DNA of 64,000 nt from assembly GCA_951406725.2 (NCBI GenBank), contig OX597834.1, positions 2,046,001 to 2,110,000 on the forward strand, given 5' to 3'. Below are positions 25,011 to 37,418 of this stretch, one piece after another (position 1 is the stretch's first letter; every line of letters begins with the position of its first letter). The notes below the pieces were generated by a model that was not told the origin of the DNA, did no database searches, and saw nothing but the letters and a program-made list of their open reading frames with translations. A program made the position numbers and the translations under genes. The DNA comes from Octopus vulgaris (taxonomy: Eukaryota).

Positions 25011-26043
25011 TGGGTACTACTTGAAAAGAGTGGTCCCGGTGCGTGCATCCGCGCTAGCTAGTCATGACTAGTCGATCCTACAACGGCTACCTAGTAAAGT
25101 AAATAAAACACAAAATAAATAATTTGGATCTTTTCCTTTTGAACGGCAGTTTGCAACACAATTTCTAGTTAACTAAACACTTTTAAACTTCGTATACTGG
25201 TAGAATGTGTTTATAAAACATCATTTTTTCTTGGCTTTATTGAGAAAATTCTATAGTTTGTAACATATTTCCACTTTAATTTCAAGCATTTCGGCAATTT
25301 TAACCAATCACTGGAGTCCATTGAGGTAAACAACATTCCGTGCATAATGAATATGTCCCTCATTTAAGAAACATTATTTACATTTGTGAAGAAAAAAAGA
25401 TACCCTTCCCCCACCCCTAACCCTAAAACAGATTGAAATGCAATAGATCGATACTAGGGTTATAATTATGGGTAACAATTTCATACGACACCGTTACGGA
25501 AAATGGGATTTTTTCTAGCGGTGTCAAATGAAAATGTCTCCCATAATTATAACCCTAGTATCGATCTATTGCATTTCAATCTATTTTAAATTTAGGGTTA
25601 GATTTAGGGGTGGGGGAAGGGTATCTTTTTTTCTTCACAAATGTAAATAAACCCAATCTGTTTCTTAAACAAGGGACATACTCATACAGCACGGTATGTT
25701 GTTTACCTCAATGGACTCCAGCGATTGGTTAAAATTGCTGAAATGCTTGAAATTAAAGTGGAAATATCTTACAAACTATAGAATTTTCTCAATAAAGCCA
25801 AGAAAAAATGATGTTTTATAAACACATTCTACCAGTATACGAAGTTTAAAAGTGTTTAGTTAGCTAGAAATTGTGTTGAAAACTGCCGTTCAAAAGGAAA
25901 AGATCCAATAATTTTTTTACACAAAATAAATATTTTTTTAAAACAAAGTAAATAAAACACAAAGTAAGGATCGACTAGTCACGACGAGCTAGCGGGGATG
26001 CGCGAGTGCGCGCACCGGGACCACTCTTCTTAAGTAGTGCCCA
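25011..26043. mobile_element. Outer MITE with TIRs of about 70 bp, hosting the fold-back element
   Basis: tgggtactacttgaaaagagtggtcccggtgcg...gactagtcgatcct pairs with aggatcgactagtc...cgcaccgggaccactcttcttaagtagtgccca. Confidence 0.85.
25126..25906. mobile_element. Palindromic fold-back MITE (arms about 370 bp) with 8-bp TSD
   Basis: GGATCTTTTCCTTTTGAACGGCAG...CTGCCGTTCAAAAGGAAAAGATCC; arms pair to the centre at about 25505; AATAATTT at 25118-25125 and 25907-25914. Confidence 0.93.
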
Positions 26044-26427
26044 ATTTTGTTTGTACGTATAAATATTGCCATGTTTTCTTGGTTTCAGTGAGAGGCTGTG
26101 GCCATGCTTCAGCATAGCCAGAGACACAAGGAGAAAGCTCCCTTCCACATCATTTCTTTAACCGACATTTGCCAAATTCTTTCTGACGGAAGAGAAAATT
26201 TCGAAGACGCTCAAAGAGTCAGGGGAGATAACCGCAATAAATGAAGTTATGTCCCCTTACATAACTCCACTCTTCGTTAAATGTACACACACGCACGCGC
26301 GCGCGCGCTTTTTGGTGACGTCTTACAAGACACAGGACGATGGTTCGAATCTAAGTAAAGATAAGAAACAGCTAACTTTGAGTGACACCTAGTGGTTGTT
26401 TTATTAAATGTCAGGCAAACCGGCAGA

Positions 26428-26795
26428 GGTAAAGATCATGAACCTTAGCGATTTTGGGGGGTTTTTTGTCTTTTTTATAGGAACCCATTATATCGAGGGA
26501 GGAGATTCCGATTCTGCAAAAATATCTACAATTCAAAATTTAAATACCCAACAACCCACCTCCATAAATTTCTTTAATTTTCACTTTAAAAAAATTTGTG
26601 GGGGAAAATACATAGAAAAATACGGAGATTATGATTCTGGAAAAAAAAAATTCTGTAAAATTTCAATTTTTCAAAAACAAAACGAAAAAATAAAATCAAC
26701 AACCCTCGTCCCCTCCGCCCGAGGACAAGAAGTGAAATGCTTCATGAAGAACATAACCCAACATGTTGTAGTTGAGGGTCTTTGGGAAATTTTTT

Positions 26796-26827
<32 letters not shown>

Positions 26828-27323
26828 CAAAATGACAATTTTTTTTTCTCTTTGGTAATTCGTATTTAGAAAGTTGATCATCGGTTTGGCTGTTGTTTCT
26901 AGCTTGTCAGATTTCCGGTTGGTAACATGTCCGGTTTTCCATTCAGATACTTTTTCCCTCTCCTATTTTATAATTCTATGAATGTGTGAAACATTAGAAG
27001 AGAAAAGAATTTAATTCCACTTCGTGTCATTGGGCGGAGGGGAGAGTGGGGGGGATGTGTGAAAAATTGAAATTTTACCTTTTTTTTCTTTAGTATTTCT
27101 TTTGTATTTTTCTACATATTTTTCTATGCATTTTGCCCCCCCCAAAATTTTTTAAAAATTGAAAATTTAAGAAATTTATGTGGTGGGGGTGAAGGGGAGG
27201 CGTTTAAATTTTGAAATGCAGATTTTTTTTCAGATCCGGAATCTCCACCCTTAATATAGTGTATTCATGTAAAAATAAAACACCCCAAAAATCCCAAAGT
27301 TGGTGCGGTCCATGATCTTTACC
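26428..27323. mobile_element. Non-autonomous long-TIR DNA transposon (Merlin- or MULE-like)
   Basis: GGTAAAGATCATG...CATGATCTTTACC termini; imperfect TIRs of about 200 bp; degenerate 9-bp TSD ACCGGCAGA/ACCACCAGA. Confidence 0.8.
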
Positions 27324-28494
27324 ACCACCAGAAAACCTAGAGGACATGGAGTCCCTACAAGGTAAGTCACCTTGTTAGAAATAACAGCAAAATCAACCAC
27401 AAATCATCGTCTTTAAAAATGTAAAATCTGGTCAGGGGAAGAGAAACAGGGCCCTCAACACCAATTCACGAGAGGAGGAAATTCTCCTTAAGCCAAAAAT
27501 CTTGCCTGGATCCAAGGATAAGGCAGAGTTAATTAAAGTTAAATGCAAACATCTTTCCTCAAGGCTGACTTAAAGCAACGCAACAAGTGGTTTGTTTACA
27601 AATGAAACTAATTCTGTTAGTTACGGAGTGGTGGTCATGGTTGGTAACAACTTCAACTTCTGCTAAAGCGTTTATGTGTTTTTGGTGTTTTGTGAGAGAG
27701 AGCAAACATCTGGTGCACCCAAAGTCCTTTTGTTGAAACAGGATTCACGGGTGAATGGAGATTTGTTTGGCTTTAAACACTTTACTCAGATTACAATCAA
27801 TACTCCAATAATCCACGCCCGGAATAACAAACGTTCTGAGAGATTGTGGATCTGAAGGAGATTGGCCTTCAATGATAGACTGTAGGTAGTGGAACAGGGG
27901 TGAAATGAGGGTAGATAGACAAGTGGTCCACTCTGTTGTCACCCAATTTGACCCCAACACCTGGTCCTTGGGCATCTTTAGCTGGGTCCACTCAGCTGCA
28001 GACATTCGAGTTAAATTTCTGCTCTGAGAAACCCTTCTTCCCACCATCCCCATTCCCACCCTCACCTCACCAACAGTCTTCCAACCCCCACCCCCACCTG
28101 CTGTTCCTCTTCTGATTAATATGCAAGAAATGAAAAAAATCTCTCCACTACATTAAACGCCACCCCCCTCCCCCGCCTTCTGCATCCTGCATTGTGTCTA
28201 CGTCAACCAAGTCAGCTACAAAAATATTCTCCAGTCAAATCACCTGAAATACCAGGATTAAGTTGACCTTCTTCTTTTTTTTTTCCTTTGTGACTAAACA
28301 ATTCTTGGTATTTGAGAAATATTTCCTTTTCTATGTTTTTTTCTTTGCATTTATTTCAAGTTTATAAGAAAAAAATGTCTAAAATGATTTCAAAATTAAT
28401 CGAGCATGAATTTTGCAACAACCATGACAACCTAACATGTTCAGATACTCGTTTGTGTAATAACAAACAACAATAATAATAATAATACCAAGTG

Positions 28495-28757
28495 TGGCTA
28501 ATGCCAGTGCCACCTGACTGGCGCCCGTGCCAGTGGCACGTGAAAAGCACCATTCAAGCATGGCTGATGCTAGTGCCACCTGACTGGCGCCCGTGCCAGT
28601 GGCACGTAAAAAGCACCCATTACACGCTCAGAGTGGTTGGCGTTAGGAAGGGCATCCAGCTGTAGAAACCTTGCCAGATCAGATTGGAGCCTCCTGGTTT
28701 GCCAGCCCTTCGTCAAACTGTCCAACCCATGCCAGCATGGAAAGCAGACGTTAAATG
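28495..28757 (+). mobile_element. RTE LINE 3'UTR fragment
   Basis: gtggcacgtaaaaagcacc and gagtggttggcgttaggaagggcatccagctgtagaaac motifs; internal tandem duplicate of about 70 bp. Confidence 0.8.
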
Positions 28758-29133
28758 ACAATGAATAATAATAATAATAACAATAATAATGGTTTCAAAT
28801 TTTACCACAAAGTCAGCAGCTTTTGGGGAGGGGAAGAGTTGATTACATGACTCAGAAATGCACACCTGCCAAAGACACAGGATATGCAAACACACACAGA
28901 TATATATATGCCCATACATGTACACATCATTATTGAAAAACTTTTCTGTGTAAAACCCAAAGACACAAATGAACAGAGAATCCATATTCAAAATCTGGTT
29001 ATGTTGGGATTTTTATGACAGTTACAAAAATACACACACACAGACAATGATTTTCATGATGCTAAGCATATACAGTCATGTATACACACACACACACACA
29101 TATAAAGAGAGAGAGAGAGAGAGAGAAATGGCC

Positions 29134-29136
<3 letters not shown>

Positions 29137-29204
<68 letters not shown>

Positions 29205-29277
29205 TATACATATATATATATATATATACATATATATATACATATATATACATATATACATATATATATATATATAT
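29137..29277. repeat. (AT)n/(ATAC) compound microsatellite
   Basis: Direct reading. Confidence 0.95.
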
Positions 29278-29627
29278 GCAGAGAGAAGAGGTGGAGAGGG
29301 CAGATGTAGCAGTGTGCCTTTTTAGTTAAGTATTGCTATCCAGCCACATACATTTGGGTTCAATCCCAGTGTGTGGCACTTCAAATATATGTGTCTTCTA
29401 CTATAGCCATAGGCTAACCAAAACCCTCATGTAGCTTTGGCATTTGCCATAATTGATCACTAACCACTAAACCTTTTCTATTTTCTCTCCCTGTTTATTT
29501 CCTCATATTCCTTTCTGCTGAAGAGCATAGGCTCAAAATGTAAAACACTTTCTCACTTCCCGAGCATTAAACATCTTTTGTTGTTTACACACCCATCTTT
29601 GTCTTTTGTTTTTTTGTAAATTCTCAC

Positions 29628-29686
<59 letters not shown>

Positions 29687-30289
29687 GTATGTATACGATG
29701 GACTTTTTTTAGTTTCTATCTATGAAATCCACTCATTAGGCTTTGGTCAGCCCAGGGTTATAGTAGAAGACACTTGCCCAAAGTGCTATGGAGTGGAACT
29801 GAACCAGAAATCATATGGTTGAGAGGCAAACTTCCTACCACACAGCCACGCCTGGTTTATATGTTTTTCTTTTCTTTTTCGTTTTTTGTTGTTGTTTCCA
29901 GTCTGTCAAAAGATGAACTTTTCTAATTTTAAAATGAAATAAAAATAAAAAGAAAGAAGAAAAATTGAGAAAAAACAAAACAAAAAGATTTGACATCCTG
30001 ACTTAGCATCAGCAGCCTTACCGTCCTAATTAGTCAGTGTGGATTGTCATGTATGGACTGTCCTGTGTGAATGAGGGAACAAACAGGATATACTAGTCTA
30101 CTTCGCTGGTGGGTGACCTTTTGGAGTTTGTCAGGTACTGGACGGGGGAGGGATTGGTGCAATCGCTATGGCGACAGAAAACTGCAACAATAATGCTGCT
30201 GCCAAGAATGGAAATTATGCATCATCATCATCATCATTATTTGATGGCAAATAAATGAAATTATTATTATTATTATTATTATTTATTAC

Positions 30290-30722
30290 TTTCCTCTTTG
30301 GCCCAGGCCTCATCAACTTTTTCAAGTTTCACTTGAAAAGGAAGGTGAGAGTAGAGAGGGAAGTGATGTCTGGTAGCAAGTTTATTGAGTGGTGGGCGAA
30401 TGTCGCAAGATTGGCCAGTGTGAAAGGACCAATTCTGAGGATACACCTGTGAGAAATTAAAAGGAAATATAAAAGGAGAAAGGGGCTCTCTACCCCCCTT
30501 TTGACCAGGCTCCTGTGGCTTTTATGGGTTTTTCCACGAGTAACCTTTTGAAGCGCCTCCCCCTATTGGGAGTTTTAGTTGTTACTTACTTTTCGTTGTC
30601 ATCCTGCTTTTGTTCACGGACCTTTTTCAAACGGACAAAACCCTTTGCAACTTTCGTCCTGTGTTTTGTCCCCTTATGTTTTAAATGATTTTTGTTAGCC
30701 CTTGTGGCCAATAAACGAACGA

Positions 30723-30778
<56 letters not shown>
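30290..30778 (+). mobile_element. Tx1/L1-like LINE 3' end with (ATT)n tail
   Basis: ORF end LINFFKFHLKRKVRVEREVMSGSKFIEWWANVARL*, then 3'UTR, AATAAA and (ATT)n; clade assignment recalled, not searched. Confidence 0.6.
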
Positions 30779-30779
<1 letters not shown>

Positions 30780-31007
30780 AGGTGGTGAGCTGGCAGAACC
30801 GTTAGCACACCAGGCAAAATGCTTAGCGGCATTTCTCCTGTCAGAATGTTCTGAGTTCAAATTCTGCTGAGGTCAACTTTGCCTTTCATCCTTTCAGGGT
30901 CAATAAATTGACCCTGAAATACTGGTGTCGATGTAATCAAATAGTCCCCTCCCTCAAAATTTCAGGCCTTGTGCCTATGGTAGAAAGGATTATTATTATT
31001 ATTATTG

Positions 31008-31557
31008 AGAAAGCAGCACATGCCATCAAAGCGACATTGGGGTACAAATATACGAAGCCTAATATACCCATCATGACTACCCGTCTGATAAGGGTATACC
31101 AGGCACAGGCATCACAACCATATGTGCGCGACATGGTGATCTCATATCAAGATAAACAGCACATGACTTTGCAGGTGGGGCCCAGTTAGAATTTTCTTCT
31201 GGTCGAGTAGCCCATCCTGCTCAAAAGGTCCCTGAATAAGGGTTGTCTAAGGATGTTGAACGAACCACCCATGTTTCCAAAGGTAAATTATCCAAACCTC
31301 CAAGAATCCCTCTCAACACATGGCTATGATGCTCCCCCGCTACTTCTGCTCATGATCAGAGAGGCACATATCATCAGCCACTAAGGGACATAATCAACTG
31401 GTTAAGGTCAAACAACTGACAAGCAAATCTGTGGTATTGAGCAGAATATTTGCTGTAGCCCATCTTTTATACCAAGACATGATAACACTTCCAATCAGTT
31501 AAGATTAGAAGCCATGAGAGCCACTGCCTGGTACTGCACCAGAGCATTTATTATTAT
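31008..31557 (+). repeat. Unclassified interspersed element inserted in an (ATT)n tract
   Basis: Non-coding block of about 540 bp bounded on both sides by (ATT)n runs; single copy in the window. Confidence 0.4.
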
Positions 31558-31559
31558 TC

Positions 31560-31599
<40 letters not shown>

Positions 31600-32261
31600 A
31601 AGGTGTAGGAGGGGAGGTGGGCTGTGAATTGGCAGAATCCGGTGGAGCATCCTGTCGTGTTTGTTCCAGTTCTTTATATTCTGAGTTCAAATGTGACCCA
31701 AGTCAACATTATTGCCCATCGGTGGGCAATAAAACAAAGTACCAGTTAAATGCTGGGGGTGAATGCAATCGACTTACCCCCCTCCCCACACAAAATTGCT
31801 GGTCTTGTGCCTTAAATAAAAAAGCAAAATTTATTTCTCAGCTTTTGATGCTGTTTAACCCCAGGTCACCCTCCATCCAGTGACCACTTTTGATAAAAGA
31901 CATTCCAATGATGAGCAGCTTGTGTTTTTTTTTTCCTTTTAATTTGATTTTTTATTATTATATCTGGGAGTACAACTTTGATTAATGTGTCCTTCCTTTT
32001 TGAAAGACGGTAAAGTACAACTGATGGGAATTTAGCTGTGAAAAAGGAAATGGATAATTCAAATCTATGTAGGAGGAGGGAGGGAGGGAGGGAGGAAGAG
32101 AGATAGGGAGGAAGTCATCAGAGGACAGTGGTGGTGGTGGCGGTGGAGTTGATTGTTGTTGTTGTTGTCGTCATTATTGCAGTGGTGGTGGTTGGTGGTG
32201 GTGGTGGTATCATTGTGTTGATTGCAGTGGAGGTGCTGCTGTTGCTGTTGAGTGAAGCAGT

Positions 32262-32625
32262 CTTCGTCCCAGAGCTCGCAAGATGGGAGATGTCCGAAAC
32301 GCGGTCCTTTGCTATTCGTAAGACCCGCAGAAGATAAAGCAGGTCAACCCCCGACACCGAGAGCATCCACAGATGGATGAATGTGCATCCAGGCTCAGCG
32401 GTTGCGTAGGAAGTCAGGGACAAGAAACAGGAAGAAAGAGTAAGAGAAAGTTGGGCGAAAGAGTACAACAGGGGTCACCACCATCCCCTTCCGGAGCCTC
32501 ATGGAGCTTTAGGTGTTTTCGCTCAATAAACACACACAACGCCCAGTCTGGGAATCGAAACCGCGATCCTCCAACCGCGATCCTCCAACCGCGAGTCCGC
32601 TGCCCTAACCACTGGGCCATTGCAC
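32262..32625 (-). mobile_element. tRNA-derived SINE family 3
   Basis: gcaatggcccagtggttagggcagcggactc head and ggtttcgattccc B box; same family as 41760-42066. Confidence 0.8.
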
Positions 32626-33519
32626 CTCCTGCTGCTGCTCAGGGTGGTGTTAATAATAATCCCTGCCCTCGGAGATATATTTCCACACAACTACTGTGTT
32701 TATCCATTGATTAGTTTCGAGAAGTGGGGGACAGAGCCTCACAAATTCCTGCATCTTCCCTACACCTTGTTTGATAAAGTAGGGCAAATGTATGGACTAT
32801 AATTGATAATGTCAACTAATCATGGGAGTAATTAATCATCTGTGAGGAAGGGTGGGCATGGATGGAATCAGGAAGACTGTGTACTTAAAAAGTCACATCA
32901 CAGCTACCTTGCCCTGAGTTTGATCCCACTATCCGGCACTTTACACAAGTGTCTCCTACCTTAACCTTGGGCTGACTAATAAAATTTAATAGACAGAAAT
33001 TCTTTGGAAACCTGTTATTCTGTGTGCTTGTCCTCCTTCCAGCACTTGACAGCCAGTGTTGGTGTGTTTATATCCATGTAACTTAGCAGTTCAGCTATAG
33101 AGTCCAAGAAAATAATTACCAGGCTTTAAAAAAAAAATGTACTGGGTTGATTTGTTTGACTAAAGACTCTTGAAGGCAGTGCTCCAGCATGGCCACAGCC
33201 TAATGAATGAAACAAGTAGCAAGATAGAATATCAAAGAGATATTGATTATCCCAACTGACCTAATTGGGATGTGTCATTAAAAGCACCACAGCACGGTGG
33301 TCAGTGTCTCGAGAGATTCTCTTGGGAGATGAAATTCCATCAACACCAGCAGATGTCACTGTTGTATCACACGGTACCACCCTGAACTGCAGATCATCAC
33401 CAACAGATCGTCAACCACCAAATGCCAGATAGAAAATTCAGTCAAACCACAAATAAATATTTTATTTATCCACAGACAACCAGCTTTACGGGTCATCACT
33501 GTCTGTTTAGCCAGTGTTA

Positions 33520-33870
33520 AAGTAGACAACTGTGCTGGCCATGTGATGTGTATGGATGAGGGCAGCTGTGTAAAGAAGTGCTGATCTCTGTGGAGGGAAC
33601 CCTGTAGTAGAGGTAGACCCAAGAAGAGGTGGTGAAACATGATCTTTGGATTTTGAGTCTCATAGAGGCAAATGATGAGCGACCGAGACCTTTGGCACTA
33701 GGCTTGAGAAGACCAATCAAGCCAAGTGAAATTGTAGTCACGGCTGATGCTGGGGTCACCTAACTGGCACTTGTGCCAGTGGAATGTGAAAGGCACCTTT
33801 TGAGCATTGGATCTCACGGAGGCAAAGCGAACAATGTCAGTGGCACATGACTGTTAGGCCTCATGGAGGC
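33520..33870 (+). mobile_element. Older RTE LINE 3' fragment
   Basis: Degenerate GHVMCMDEGSCVKKC..VEGT..RGRPK..VVKHDL. Confidence 0.75.
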
Positions 33871-34510
33871 AATGACTAATGACAAAGGCTTGACATATAT
33901 ATATATATGCATGTGTGTGTGTGTGTGATGTATATAAATCTATGTATGCAGGGGGCTCTCTAATTGATTCACTGAGTTCTGTGACATCTGCAATTACCAG
34001 ACCAAAATCTTTCAGAGAGGCTGAGAATCAACAACAACAACAGCAACAACAACAACAACACCTGATGTTTGTGACATGATGTATAATGTTGCTGTTGTTG
34101 TTTAATGCAGGATCACGTCTGATCCAGCACCTATGATCAAGATCAATCCACCCATGACCATCCCATCTCTTTCGAGTTTTATCTAAGACAATATCATTTA
34201 ACATGTCCATCCCAGTTTGTGATATGTAGGAGGTATAGCTGCTATTTCTAACAAGTGGATCATCGACCTCTCTTCTACCTTGTGTACTTTTGTGCCGTTC
34301 AAGGCCTTATCTCTTGTCTTTCTACTTTTTTTTATCTTCTACACCAGTTACTGTGTGTATATGTGCAGTCATGGGTATATATGCATGTACAAACAGGTCT
34401 GTACATAAGGGCAAGTATGAGCAAGCAAGCACACACACACACACAAAGCAAACACATGCACAGTAAACTACACACAAACATACACAACACACGTGTGTGT
34501 GTGTGTATAC

Positions 34511-34542
<32 letters not shown>

Positions 34543-35929
34543 AAATATATATATTATATATAGTTCACAGTATGCACACACATATTATACAGTACATACA
34601 CATACATGCATAGTACACACACATGTATAAAACACATACACAGTACATAATACAAACACATACGTGTATAGTACATACACTCGCACACACACACAACAGA
34701 CACACACTCACACATATATACACAACACACAAACAGTGCCCCTCCCACACACACACTGTCTTATAAGAAACAGTGATGTTGTGGCAGTAATCCATTTCCT
34801 GAGAGAAATACTGATATTAAAGTTAATGTCCCTGTAGTTTAAAGGGGAGAGAGAGAAGACAGTCCAGTGTGGTCCCAGTATATAGCTGGTATTGTATTAA
34901 CTGGGATTTGAATTCAGTTGTGTGGGGGCAGAATATACCACACTAGCTATTGTTAATAGGGGGGGACCTGTGGCCAGGATGTAGAGGGCTGAGGTATGGG
35001 CATGTTACAAGGGGTATGGATTTGATGTATTACCCTGGGGTATGTTGTTGGTGCATGGATCTGGTGTGTGGTATTGGGGTATGGATTTCGATTATGGCCC
35101 TGGGGTATGTCCCTGTGATATGTATCTGGTGTATGGCTCTTGGGTATGGCCTTGGTACATGACCCTGGCGTTTGGCCATCAGCTAATTGAGTTGTGTGGA
35201 CATTAACTGGCTTTTTACCTCATCCAACACCAACAACAACAACAATAGCCATTGACAACAGAACCTCACCACCACAAACACCATCATCACCTCCACCTTC
35301 ACCACCACCATCTCCACCACCACTACCACCACCACTACATTCACCATCTCCACCACCATCACCATATACTCACCACTAACAACAATCCAATTAGGTGACC
35401 TGCATGTGGTCTTCAGTCTCCTAGAAACAGCAGCCAAAATTTTTCCAAATTACACTCTGCAACTTTAAAATAATATATGAAGGCCACATTAGGCAGTTTA
35501 ATTATAGATACAGAAAAACACCTAAGAGACAATGGTGGTCATAAGTGGATCGTCTCTGATCATATGCCTGTCCAATCAGTCTCAAACCTAGGGTTAAACA
35601 ACACCACACATGGTAGTGTTTTCTCGCCCCAGCCTCCGTTAATGCTACACAGAAATGGCTTAATTAATCATAATGCTAGAGAGGGATGCAGGGGTGGGAG
35701 AGGAGAAGCAGTAGTAACCCCTTCCACCCGTCTTCCACTTCCTTTCTACATCAGCAGACAAAAGCAACTGTAATCTGATCCGTTTATGCTGCAGTAGGGA
35801 CCAATGTGAACCAATAACTCCCAGTTAGCATCAAAGACTCACTGGAATGGTAAATCTGCTTCTTCACTTCACTGCTTCATCGTTTTTGTCTTGAAATTGC
35901 TAATCCACCAACAAGAATGCTTTCTAATT

Positions 35930-36580
35930 TAGGTGGAAGACCAACAATTTTGAGGGGAGGGGGCAAGGCGATACCATCCACCTCAGTCTTTCACTGCAAC
36001 TGTATTTTAGTAACCCAAAACAATGGAAACCAAAACTGACGCCCACAGGATTTGAACTCAGGATATAATAATAATAAAAAAAACACAGAACAAATACTGC
36101 TAGGAATTTTTTTCCATCTTCTAACAATTCTGCCAGCTTACCATTTTAATAATAAATGCTTGAAATTTTGGCCCAGATCCACAGCAGTTTCTGAGGGGAA
36201 AAGGAAGTTGATTACATCAACCCCCAGTGTCTGACTGGTAATTTATTTTATTGACCCTGAAGGGGATGAAAGACAAAGTCAACTTCAGTGGAATTTGAAC
36301 TCAGAATGTAAAGACAGACAAAATACTGGTAAGCATTTTGTGCCAATAATTCTGCCAGCTCTCCACCTTAATAATAATAATAATAATCCTTTCTACTAAT
36401 GGTATTCGAGGAAGGGATTAAGTATATTAGATCAACCCCAGTGTTCAACTGGTACTTATTTAATCGACTCTGAAAGGATGAAAGGCAAAGTCAACCTTGG
36501 CAGAATTTGAACTCAGAATGTAAAGACAGACAAAAGCATTTCACCCAGCGTTCTACCAATTCTGCCATCTTGCCTCCTTG
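35930..36580 (-). mobile_element. Three tandem copies of the same SINE family (other copies at about 1815-1975, 30780-30990, 31615-31815, 37440-37595 and 58350-58545)
   Basis: Reverse complement of the gagttcaaatt...gcctttcatcc...gtaccag core, repeated. Confidence 0.8.
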
Positions 36581-37009
36581 GCAGGTCCAGAATAGCCAGG
36601 AAAGTAATGGATGGTAGGAAAGAACAATCCCTGAGATAATAGTAATGATGATGATGATGATGATGATACCCTCTGCCAAAGGCACAAAGCCTGGAATCTT
36701 GTGAGGAGAGGAAAAGTCAATTACATCAATCCCAGTGAGTGGATTTGATAGATGGAAACTGAAAGAAGCCCATCGTATGTGTGTGTGTGTCTGTTTTTGT
36801 CTCCCACCATTTCTTGACAATTGTAATTGGTTTGTTTATGTCCCTGTAACTTAGAAGTTCAGCAAAAAGAGGCCAATAGAATAGTTTTGGAGGGCAAAAC
36901 TGTAATCTCTATTGTTGAAAAGATAGGAATCTCAGGAAATTTTTGAAGAAAATGAAACAAACAGAAAAGGGTGGGGTGGGGTGCATACGTGACACGTCCA
37001 CCAGGGTAT

Positions 37010-37225
37010 TTACTCTTTTACTTGTTTCAGTCATTTGACTGTGGCCATGCTGGAGCACAGCCTTTAATCGAGCAACTTGACACCAGGACTTATTCTTTTG
37101 TAAGCCCAGTACTTATTCTATCGGTCTCTTTTGCTGAACCGCTAAGTGACAGGGACATAAACACACAAGCATCGGTTGTCAAGCAATGCTAGGGGGACAA
37201 ACACAGACATACAAACACACACACG

Positions 37226-37256
<31 letters not shown>

Positions 37257-37418
37257 GACGGGCTTCTTTCAGTTTCCGTCTACCAAATCCACTCACAAGG
37301 CTTTGGTCAGCCCGAGGCTATAGCAGAAGACACTTGCCCAAGGTGCCACACAGTGGGACTGAACCCAGAACCATGTGGTTGGTAAACAAGCTACTTACCA
37401 CACAGCCACTCCTGCGCC
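37010..37418 (-). mobile_element. tRNA-derived SINE family 4 with an internal microsatellite (copies at about 62230-62597 -, 29696-29852 -, 39970-40160 +)
   Basis: ggcgcaggagtggctgtgtggtaagtagcttg head, gggttcagtccc B box, gagtggatttggtagacggaaactgaaagaagcccgtc body. Confidence 0.85.

Noticed and set aside
26325-26355. GGTTCGAATC B-box, and tRNA-like heads at 16279, 32625, 37418, 41765 and 63238
   Set aside because: No complete cloverleaf; the heads belong to tRNA-derived SINEs
26408-26869. 153-aa ORF
   Set aside because: Lies in the TIR and microsatellite of a non-autonomous DNA transposon; no domain motif or splice context
34950-35380. GGGTATG-rich and (CAC)n low-complexity ORFs
   Set aside because: Degenerate simple repeats with no splice or domain support
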